Shown here: positions 19,474-27,438 of the stretch, piece by piece
How positions within the stretch are numbered: position 1 is the first letter of the stretch
How the letters are laid out: the number at the start of each line of letters is the position of its first letter
Sequence record: SRR20825006_1111
DNA: 36,412 nucleotides
Direction: 5' to 3' (one strand)
Notes under the pieces: generated by a model
Databases searched by the model: none
What the model was told of the DNA's origin: nothing
What the model saw: only the letters and a program-made list of their open reading frames with translations
Program-made: the position numbers and the translations under genes

Positions 19474-21852
19474 TTGTCGAAGAGACAGATATTGGCACCT
19501 ATAAACATGCAAGAACTCATTATAAATCCTGATAATGCTCAATACTGGGCGCTTGCAGGTCATAACAAACTTCAAACGTCTGAAGGACATATTGCCGCGC
19601 GGTATTTTGCGCGTGCACTGTCAGCAATGAACAATGCACCTATAAAAGATATTTTTTTAAAACTCGCGATATCTCTTGAAATGGCAGGAGATTTTCAAAA
19701 TGCGGCCAAAAATTACATAAAGAATATTGATTTCAAAAAATCATCTGATGAAAACAACAAAAAATCTTTATACAGAGCATTTGGATGCTATCATAAAATA
19801 AGAGACTTTCAGTCTATTGTAAATTATTCACAAACAATAAACCCGAATTATTGGAATGATTTTCCTGGAATTCATGAAATAATTGGATATTCATATTTTT
19901 TATCCGGAGATTTTAATTCATCAATACACTGGATTTTTATGGCTCCACTCCATAAAGATAACGATGAAGAATATCAAAAACTTCTTAAATCGATACTGGA
20001 AAACACTCCAAAATTATTCGAATTAAATGAAATACATTTTCTTATCAAAAAATTAGGGAAACATATATTTAACTCTGAAAATAGATCTAAAATATTATTT
20101 AACTGGATTAGCCCTAAAATTAGCATAGAATCAATAAGATCTATCCTATCATCAAACTCTTTAATAATGGATTCCGAAGGGAAATGCCTACCGTACCTTC
20201 TTATCTTAGAGTCTCAATACGGAACTAAAGAGCAAATACGATTAAGGGCTCAGCAATGTCTGATTTTGGATCCCAAATCCTCTTTTGCATACGCACACAT
20301 TATCCCCAAAGAAGAAGACTTATCTGAAAACCTCCCTTCAGAATTTTGGGTGGAAAGATGGTCAAAAGCATCCATTATATTATCCTACAATAACCCGACA
20401 GTAATGAATGATGCTATCATAGCCTTAAAAAACGTAAAGGATAGCGATTCTAAAAACGATTACTTAATCAGGGCAGCAAATCAATTTCCAACACTACCCA
20501 TAATTCAATATAATGTTGGATCATACTTAAACGAGCACGCTCTTGCAGAAATAGCTGAAATATTTTTACGTAGAGCGCTTATTTTTAAACCTTCTTACGC
20601 AAAATCTTGGAGCGCTTATTCGGTTTCATACTGCATCATGCTACAATCACAAGAAGCAATTGCAGCATCCCTTAGAAGCATTTACTCAGACCCGGAGCTC
20701 GCATCAGGTTATACAAACCTCGCCATGTCCTATCGTGGTGCGGGGAATATTTCTAAAGCAATTGATGCCTCAAGAATGGCATTGAAAAAAAATCCCTCGA
20801 ACGCGGTAACTCGCATGGGTCTTGCTTTTAACCAGCTCTCAAATGGCGCCATTGAGCAAGGCTTCAAAAATTACCTTTCTCGCTGGCAGCAGAAAGGGTT
20901 TCCCTCTCCTAAAAGACCCTTTCCTCAAAGGGAATGGACCAACAACAAGCTCGCCAAGCATGAGAAACTCCTTGTCTATATGGAACAAGGCATGGGCGAC
21001 GAACTGATGTTTTCCTGGTTTCTAACCTACTTGGATGAAAAATTTCCGCATCAAATACTTCTAGAGTGTGACGCAAGGCTCGTTGAGCTTTTCCGGCGGT
21101 CGTTCCCACGAATTGAGGTCTATCCCCGAACAGCACCTCTTCAGAAAAGATTATTTCAGACAGACGTTTCCTGGAAAGTGCCCGTTGCGCATTTACCACA
21201 CTACTTTACCAGCAAACTTCGAGAATTAATCAAGGACCGATGGGAACTCGCTCTTAAGCCTTATGTCTCAGGGTATGGCTGGCTAACCCCTGATATGACC
21301 AGAGTGCGGTTCTGGCGTGAGTATCTGGAAAAGCTCGGAAATGGCGAGCAGCGCTTAATTGTCGGCGTTGCCTGGCGCAGCGCCAATCTCGCACGCGCAC
21401 GGGTACTCCAATATGTATCTCCTGCAGAATTGGTCCGCTCATTACCGGATGGCGCGCTCGCCGTAAACCTTCAATATGTTTACAATAATTCTGAAATTGA
21501 GGAAATCCAAGCCTGCGGCAAGGAACGCAACATAACATTCCATACCATCCCTGATCTCGATTTGCGCGATGATCTGGATGAAATTACAAATATTTGCGGC
21601 GCTCTTGATGCCCTTACCACGCCCCTTACTTCAACTGCATTTATGGGAGGAGTGATAGGGTTACCTACATTTGTATTTCGGAGCGCCCCATCAGGAGAAA
21701 TTTGGCAACAGCTCGGGACACCTCATCTTCCCTGGCTACCGTCCATCCGGGTTTTTTGCCGGGATCCGCGCGAAGATTGGGCTAATGTTCTCGATGAAGT
21801 GCGGGGAAGATTAAGCTTATTGGCCGAGGAACGTACAATTGGCAAACGATGA
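19474..21852 (+). CDS. Large TPR-repeat + GT-B protein, FlmG/FlbA-like (TPR-GT 4), AT-rich 5' half
   Basis: TPRs (YNVGSYL, YTNLAMSY), MEQGMGDELMF, ECDARLVELFRRSFP, VGVAWRS, VNLQY, DLRDDLD. Start is TTG 19474 or ATG 19507. Confidence 0.82.
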   Translation: MSKRQILAPINMQELIINPDNAQYWALAGHNKLQTSEGHIAARYFARALSAMNNAPIKDIFLKLAISLEMAGDFQNAAKNYIKNIDFKKSSDENNKKSLYRAFGCYHKIRDFQSIVNYSQTINPNYWNDFPGIHEIIGYSYFLSGDFNSSIHWIFMAPLHKDNDEEYQKLLKSILENTPKLFELNEIHFLIKKLGKHIFNSENRSKILFNWISPKISIESIRSILSSNSLIMDSEGKCLPYLLILESQYGTKEQIRLRAQQCLILDPKSSFAYAHIIPKEEDLSENLPSEFWVERWSKASIILSYNNPTVMNDAIIALKNVKDSDSKNDYLIRAANQFPTLPIIQYNVGSYLNEHALAEIAEIFLRRALIFKPSYAKSWSAYSVSYCIMLQSQEAIAASLRSIYSDPELASGYTNLAMSYRGAGNISKAIDASRMALKKNPSNAVTRMGLAFNQLSNGAIEQGFKNYLSRWQQKGFPSPKRPFPQREWTNNKLAKHEKLLVYMEQGMGDELMFSWFLTYLDEKFPHQILLECDARLVELFRRSFPRIEVYPRTAPLQKRLFQTDVSWKVPVAHLPHYFTSKLRELIKDRWELALKPYVSGYGWLTPDMTRVRFWREYLEKLGNGEQRLIVGVAWRSANLARARVLQYVSPAELVRSLPDGALAVNLQYVYNNSEIEEIQACGKERNITFHTIPDLDLRDDLDEITNICGALDALTTPLTSTAFMGGVIGLPTFVFRSAPSGEIWQQLGTPHLPWLPSIRVFCRDPREDWANVLDEVRGRLSLLAEERTIGKR

Positions 21853-22684
21853 GAACACCTCTGTAATAGGTCGCCCCTTCCCCATGCAGGAAAGCGAAAA
21901 CTGGTCTCTCAGAGTTCCAACGAAGTATATAAAAGAACAGACATTGTATTTGCCGGTCAGGTTAATGAACGATACCCCCCCCACATCTCCGTGCCCTGCA
22001 ATAGCCATTCCCCTGGAGCTTCTTTCCGACCCAGGCGTGGCACGTCTCGTGGATGATGAATATTTCGGGAATGGGTTTGAATATTTTGAACGCAACTACC
22101 TGCTGCATCATCTGAAAAGTGGGGATTTCCTGATTGATATTGGTGCACATTTTGGCCTGTACTCCATCTTTGCATCCGCATCAGTACAAGATCTGCATTG
22201 CGTAGCCCTAGAACCGCACCCCGCGAATTTCGAAGTCATGAAGACGTCCATTAGGCATAGCGGCCTTCAGCACCGCATTAAAGGCCTTCAATGTGCTCTA
22301 GGAGGCCGCGATGGTATTGGAAAGCTGCGAATAAACTCCAGCATGGGACATCATCTAATCAGAGATGATTCTAACGAACTTGGTGTCATTGATACGCCGC
22401 TGCACAGTTTGGATAACCTCATTAATAAGTTTCAATTTGGACACTCTGCCATGCGTATTTGGTTAAAGGTCGACACTGAAGGACGCGAAAAGTCAGTCTT
22501 GGCCGGAGCTTCAGAACTACTCAGAAGCGGAAAAGTTCAAGGTATTCTATGGGAATCTAGTGTCGGCTCACTTGAAAACCCGGCCAACAAGGACATTGAA
22601 CTCTTTCTACGGAATTTCGGCTTTTGCACAAAAAAAATTAGCCCGCACTCCATGTTCAGCATATTAGCTGAGCAGGCCCCTTAA
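21839..22684 (+). CDS. FkbM-family SAM-dependent methyltransferase (likely sugar O-methylation)
   Basis: DIGAHFGLYS, EPHPANF, ALG, KVDTEGRE..VLAGA. Start uncertain. Confidence 0.85.
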   Translation: MANDENTSVIGRPFPMQESENWSLRVPTKYIKEQTLYLPVRLMNDTPPTSPCPAIAIPLELLSDPGVARLVDDEYFGNGFEYFERNYLLHHLKSGDFLIDIGAHFGLYSIFASASVQDLHCVALEPHPANFEVMKTSIRHSGLQHRIKGLQCALGGRDGIGKLRINSSMGHHLIRDDSNELGVIDTPLHSLDNLINKFQFGHSAMRIWLKVDTEGREKSVLAGASELLRSGKVQGILWESSVGSLENPANKDIELFLRNFGFCTKKISPHSMFSILAEQAP

Positions 22685-23397
22685 CAATCCTGAGGCGTCT
22701 CTTCGACACAACTAAGAATTTGAGCAAGCTTCATATCCTCAGGATAGTCTAGATCGATCGAGCGCCAAGTATCCATGATATGTATAGCGCTATTTTCATC
22801 ATAGATTTTTCCAACGTCCAGAATCTTCCTGGCATGGAACACATATACTGCACCATTTAACGCCCAGGAACGGTTATTCAAAACCTGCCATTCCAGCCAT
22901 TTATTGCTTTTATCACCTCTTTTTCCCAGCGCTGTTTCGTCTTCGCTATCTCCGAATGGCGGCGAGACGGGTACCCGCCACTTTGTAACGGAGACCGCGC
23001 TGTCAACCAGCCCACGCATTACTGGTTGCGCCGTCAGATCTATATCAGAAGCCGTCCGAAACGGCGATGTTAACTGGATGAGGACTATTGTTTCGTTCTC
23101 AAGATGCAGAGAGATTATCGCATGACGTATGGCATCTTCCGACGATGCAGTATCTTCCGCTAACGCATCGGGGCGGCCCAAGATTTCAATCCCAGGGTAG
23201 TCCTTTGCAGCCTGAATCAAGGCTACATCATCAGACGAAAGAACAATACGTCCGCAGGATTTACTTTCCTTAATCGCGGTATAAGCCCTTTCAATAAGGG
23301 ATTTTCCGCCAATCTTGCCCCGATTTTTTCCAGGAATCCGTTTTGATCCAGCTCGGGCAAGTATCAAAGCAACAAAAGAATTTTTATTGGTCATCAT
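22681..23397 (-). CDS. neuA: Acylneuraminate cytidylyltransferase (CMP-nonulosonate synthetase, NeuA/LegF/PseF family)
   Basis: LARAGSKRIPGKN, VLSSDD, RPDALAEDTASS, QLTSPFR, NGAVY, SIDLDYPED. Confidence 0.88.
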   Translation of the reverse strand: MMTNKNSFVALILARAGSKRIPGKNRGKIGGKSLIERAYTAIKESKSCGRIVLSSDDVALIQAAKDYPGIEILGRPDALAEDTASSEDAIRHAIISLHLENETIVLIQLTSPFRTASDIDLTAQPVMRGLVDSAVSVTKWRVPVSPPFGDSEDETALGKRGDKSNKWLEWQVLNNRSWALNGAVYVFHARKILDVGKIYDENSAIHIMDTWRSIDLDYPEDMKLAQILSCVEETPQDC

Positions 23398-23431
23398 AAA
23401 AAAACGGGCGGATCAAACATGATCCGCCCGT
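23398..23431 (-). terminator. Rho-independent terminator of the RTX gene
   Basis: Perfect 12-bp inverted repeat ACGGGCGGATCA-AACA-TGATCCGCCCGT (23404-23431), followed on the minus strand by a T run, 18 nt after the RTX stop. Confidence 0.9.
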
Positions 23432-23449
23432 CTTCATTCTTTGCCGGAC

Positions 23450-25078
23450 TTAGCTGAACGAGAAGTCGTTCAAGTCCAGGGTCGTCACACCGGTTACCCG
23501 GATGATCGCATAGTCAGAGGCAGCTGCCGTACCGTTGACAACAACCAACACAGAGTTGGTGGCGCCGTCAGCAACCTGAAGAACCTGCGCATCAGTACCA
23601 GCAGATGCTGAGGCCGTCATTTTCAAGCTAGGCTGAAGTGCCGAGCTGAAGCCAAAACCGACGAGGCCAATTTTATCGTTGCCATCTTCGAAGTTGTAGA
23701 TATGGGCAGCAGTGCCACCAGCACCAACAGCGGCCGTACCGGCTGCTTTGGTGATGTAGAACACATCGTTACCGCCACCGCCATACAGCGTATCAATGCC
23801 ACCGGTACCAGTCCAGCTGGCGTACAGTGAATCATTACCGTCACCACCGTAGATCAGCTCGTTGGAAAGCGTGCTGCCCGTACCGGAGCCGGCATAGACC
23901 ACGTCATCACCAGCGCCAGCGGAGATGGTATCATCGCCAACGTTGGCGCTGATCAGATCGTTGCCATCACCACCGAAGATGCTGTTGCTTGTCGCGCCAC
24001 CAATAATCGTGTCATCACCAGCACCGCCATACATGGCAATACCCGTGGTGCCGTTAGCAGCTGCCGTCAGCGAGTCGTTACCGTCCCCACCGAACAGCGT
24101 ATCGCTGCCAGCGGTACCAAGCAGCGTATCATCGCCAGCACCACCGGACAGTATGTCGTTACCGGCGCCATCCCTGACCAGGTCGTTGCCAGCACCACCG
24201 TCGAGAGTGTCATCACCGGTGCCACCGAACAAACTATCGACACCAGCGTTGCCGAAGAGAAGGTCGTTACCTTCGCCACCGTCGATCGTGTCGTTGTCCT
24301 GACCGCCATAGATCGTATCAACGCCCGCAGAGCCCTGAAGCAGGTCAGCACCAGCATTGCCATAGATCAGGTCATTGCCGTCGCCGCCGATCGCGGTATC
24401 GTTGCCCAGCCCGCCGAACAGGACATCATTGCCCGTGCTGCCGAGCATGCTGTCGTTGCCAGCACCACCGAACAGAGTGTCGGAACCGGTAGCACCCAGG
24501 ATGGTGTCGTTACCCTTGTTACCGTACAGCACGTCTGAATCGGTACCGCCGTTGAGGCTATCCGCATCCGCACCACCGAACAGAGTATCTGCACCGGCAC
24601 CACCAAGAAGCGTATCGCTCTCGGTGTTTCCGTAAATCAGATCGGAGCCATCATCGCCGCTGATGGCATCGTTACCGGCACCACCGTAGAGCACGTCAGA
24701 ACCGGCACCAGCCACAACGGTATCGTTACCAAGGTTGCCGAAAACCGTGTCTGCACCAGAACCTGCGCTCAGGATGTCGTTACCCTGACCGCCGTACATG
24801 ACGTCAGAGTCACCTTCGCCAGAAATCGTGTCGTTGCCGAGGTTGCCGTAAAGAATGTCGTTGCCGTCAGAAGCGAGGATAAGATCCCCATCCTGACCGC
24901 CAAAGACAGTGTCTGCGCCGGAACCGGCTGAAATCGTATCACCGCCCTGGTTACCATAAACCAAGTCGGCTCCGCCAAGCGCGCTGACGATATCGCTACC
25001 AGCAAGAGCAGTGATCTGATCAGAATTGCCCGTGCCAGTAATCGTATCCGTCGTACTGGTGCCCGTTATCGTTGCCAT
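23450..25078 (-). CDS. RTX (hemolysin-type Ca2+-binding) repeat protein, cargo-less; probable T1SS substrate and surface glycoprotein
   Basis: 36 uninterrupted DxUxGGxGx-type nonamers from residue 11, several further ones, then a C-terminal region with I.NFEDGNDKIGL and the terminus LDLNDFSFS typical of T1SS signals. No Sec signal, no Cys. RBS GGGGG. Confidence 0.92.
   Translation of the reverse strand: MATITGTSTTDTITGTGNSDQITALAGSDIVSALGGADLVYGNQGGDTISAGSGADTVFGGQDGDLILASDGNDILYGNLGNDTISGEGDSDVMYGGQGNDILSAGSGADTVFGNLGNDTVVAGAGSDVLYGGAGNDAISGDDGSDLIYGNTESDTLLGGAGADTLFGGADADSLNGGTDSDVLYGNKGNDTILGATGSDTLFGGAGNDSMLGSTGNDVLFGGLGNDTAIGGDGNDLIYGNAGADLLQGSAGVDTIYGGQDNDTIDGGEGNDLLFGNAGVDSLFGGTGDDTLDGGAGNDLVRDGAGNDILSGGAGDDTLLGTAGSDTLFGGDGNDSLTAAANGTTGIAMYGGAGDDTIIGGATSNSIFGGDGNDLISANVGDDTISAGAGDDVVYAGSGTGSTLSNELIYGGDGNDSLYASWTGTGGIDTLYGGGGNDVFYITKAAGTAAVGAGGTAAHIYNFEDGNDKIGLVGFGFSSALQPSLKMTASASAGTDAQVLQVADGATNSVLVVVNGTAAASDYAIIRVTGVTTLDLNDFSFS
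24077..25048 (-). repeat. Coding tandem array of 36 degenerate 27-bp units (RTX nonamers)
   Basis: Asp every 9 residues from residue 11 to 334 of the 542-aa ORF. Confidence 0.85.
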
Positions 25079-25093
25079 TACAACCCCCTAGTT

Positions 25094-25170
25094 AGCATCA
25101 AAGCTACACCAAACCGTTCTGGGTTAGCTTTGGTGCTGCAGATGGATTTCGTCAACCAAAAAATCCTGCA
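25094..25170 (-). promoter_or_regulatory. Structured leader of the RTX gene (two stem-loops upstream of the RBS)
   Basis: AGCACCAAAGCTA / TAGCTTTGATGCT 13-bp stem with 1 mismatch (25137-25094), plus TGCAG-GATTT / AAATC-CAT-CTGCA (25170-25136). Confidence 0.55.
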
Positions 25171-25525
25171 CACCAAGCGAACGCCAGTCCTATAGATAGC
25201 CGCTTTCGTGCGGCTCGCGAAATTTCTTACACCGCTTGCCCAATGAACGCAAGCGGTTACCCCAAATCCTGAACATCATAATTCAACAACCCGCTGAGCG
25301 ATCTCACTTCCCGCCCCATGGCGTATGGAATGCCCCGGGAAGTAGAAATTATACATTTAAGTTCAGTCCATTAGCCGTAAATTATCACCAGCAGACCGCC
25401 CCCCCTCTCCGGGATAAGCACATAAAGGGCATTTTAGGGAGACCGATTTCTGCCGAGAACATGAGGAAATCAGTCTCGATAGCGTGACTTCTCGGCAACA
25501 GATCGGCCGGAACCTGAGAATCCGT

Positions 25526-27379
25526 TTACTGAAAGGCCCGGTTCACCGCGCCATTCAAGCTTCCGGGCACACTCCATTGTCGCGGCCACATCAGCTCCAC
25601 AGCCGGCAGTAACGGGCTACAGGAAGCATCGGGGGGATACCGCCAGTCGCGCTGAACCCTGTTCAGCAATGCAATCGCAGGCGTCCCTGCCGCGACTGAC
25701 AGCGGGACGAGAGATGTCGCGGCACTGACAAGGACATCCACGGCACCGATTGCATCCGCCAATGACGGCAAATCATACCAGACATCGAAGTCGGGGCGGA
25801 GAATGCGCTCTTTGCCAAACAGGACCTCGACCTCGCGCCAGTCATTCCTCGACATCCCGTACTGCAACGGCAGGTACAGGGCATCATCCAGAGAGGCGAG
25901 TTCTGCGAGAACGTCCAGGGAGAGACCGAAAGACCGGTGTGCCTGCGGCTTTACGCTGCGCCATCCAAGCCCGACAATCTTCTTGCCGTGTCGCCCTGCC
26001 CGCAAACGCTCTCTGACCTTGCCGCGATCTTCCGGCCAGCCCCGAGCCCAGCCTGCCGGTGCCGGAACTTCCGAGAGGCCTAGCGAGTGAGGCAGGCTGA
26101 GTAGCGGTAATTGCACATCAAAGAGCGACGTGTCGAGCGTCCGCTCCATGTTTCTGGGGATACATTCAACAAACGGAAAAGCGCGATTTACGAGAGGAAC
26201 AAGCCGTGCATCGGTCTCCACGACAAAGCTTTCATGGCGTCCCCTCAGAGAGGAAATATATCCGAGTCCCCATATCTCATCACCAATTCCCTGCTCTCCC
26301 CAAAGGAGAATCCGGTCCCCGGAAGTTTTCGCCGGCTTCCAGAGAGGAAGGTCGAACGAGCGAACCGGATAAAGAGACCGCCCCGGTGACCGCTCCAGAT
26401 CATGCCCGTACCAGCGATTCTCATACTCGGCGAATCCCTGTTTGTAGGCCTGGGACTTCAGCAAAAGTATGGCGCGGTTGTTCTTGAGCGCAAGGTTATC
26501 GGGGTCCATCAGAACCGCGCGTTCATGGAAGGACAGCGATTCCCGGACCCGCCCGAGATCGTGCAACACCGCTCCAACATTATATGTATAAGCAGCATTC
26601 TGCGGCCGCATCATCAAGGCCCTGCGCGAGAACCCAATGGCCCTCTCCGGCTCGGACTGATGCTCATGCATCGACGAGCGGTTGACCCATATGGCCGGCG
26701 AATCCGGGATCAGGCATGCGGCGAAATTCAAGGCCTGCGCGGCAGAGGCAAACTCTCTCTGATCTATCAAAAATGCCGAGGCGGCGATGTACCCGTCACA
26801 GATGTTAGGGGCTGTCAGCACGGCACGCCGAAAAGCTGCACGGGCAAGCTTGTCCCGGGCTTTCTTTTGCTCCAGAAGCGCGCACTGGCGCCAGGCCTCG
26901 GAGGATAAAGGATCGGAGGAAATCACCTCCTTCAAAAGCGCGGAAGCGGCCTCCAGCCGGTCCAGGTCAATCAATCGCGCAGCGGCAACCACACCAGCCT
27001 GCGCCGCACCACCGCAAATCCAGCTCCATGCCCGCAGCCTGCGGCGGTCTCCCCCAGTGACGGAAACGGGGATCGAAACGCCCAGATACTCGTAGGCCCG
27101 GGCCAGTCCCGGAAAGAGAATAGCTGCGGCCCGCAAGGGTCCCCAAATTCGGAGCGCTTCTCCTGATGCCAGATACCGGTTGGAAAGATTAACGTATAAT
27201 CGGAAATCGCCGGGGGACAGAATGATCGCGCGCGTCAGAAACTTAACCGAGTCGCAAGGCATTGACGCAGCAAGCGCGGCCCAGCGGCCTGCCGCGTCCG
27301 GGCTCAGAACAGTCAGACGTTTCTGTTCCTCGGCTTTCTGCTCCAAAGAAGCTGCATCGCCTGGCAAGTGCTCAGCCAT
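25526..27379 (-). CDS. TPR-repeat + GT-B protein, FlmG/FlbA-like (TPR-GT 5)
   Basis: TPRs (IWVNRSSM, YTYNVGAVL), EYENRW, WGEQGIGDEIW, ETDARLVPLVNRAFP, VGLGWRS, LPLQYG, DWRY. Confidence 0.82.
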   Translation of the reverse strand: MAEHLPGDAASLEQKAEEQKRLTVLSPDAAGRWAALAASMPCDSVKFLTRAIILSPGDFRLYVNLSNRYLASGEALRIWGPLRAAAILFPGLARAYEYLGVSIPVSVTGGDRRRLRAWSWICGGAAQAGVVAAARLIDLDRLEAASALLKEVISSDPLSSEAWRQCALLEQKKARDKLARAAFRRAVLTAPNICDGYIAASAFLIDQREFASAAQALNFAACLIPDSPAIWVNRSSMHEHQSEPERAIGFSRRALMMRPQNAAYTYNVGAVLHDLGRVRESLSFHERAVLMDPDNLALKNNRAILLLKSQAYKQGFAEYENRWYGHDLERSPGRSLYPVRSFDLPLWKPAKTSGDRILLWGEQGIGDEIWGLGYISSLRGRHESFVVETDARLVPLVNRAFPFVECIPRNMERTLDTSLFDVQLPLLSLPHSLGLSEVPAPAGWARGWPEDRGKVRERLRAGRHGKKIVGLGWRSVKPQAHRSFGLSLDVLAELASLDDALYLPLQYGMSRNDWREVEVLFGKERILRPDFDVWYDLPSLADAIGAVDVLVSAATSLVPLSVAAGTPAIALLNRVQRDWRYPPDASCSPLLPAVELMWPRQWSVPGSLNGAVNRAFQ

Positions 27380-27438
27380 TTGTAGCGCGAGTCCAATTCA
27401 CGTTCATACGCAGGATATGGAGGCGGCCTAATCGCGCC

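Noticed and set aside
18100-23450. Low-GC block as a transposon or prophage
   Set aside because: No transposase, integrase, terminal repeats or tRNA target were found.
24077-25048. 27-bp periodicity as a CRISPR array or DNA-level VNTR
   Set aside because: Units are degenerate at DNA level, in frame, lack spacers and are explained by RTX nonamers. No cas genes are present.
23450-25078. RTX protein as a pore-forming toxin or ice-binding protein
   Set aside because: No hydrophobic pore domain and no acyltransferase gene. The Thr/Ser face is too irregular for a TxT ice-binding array.
25173-25188. Sigma54-like TGGCGT..TTGG upstream of the RTX gene
   Set aside because: The -12 position reads GT rather than the required GC.
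25236-25487. 83-aa plus-strand ORF in the RTX upstream region
   Set aside because: TTG start without RBS, no motif, and it overlaps probable regulatory elements.
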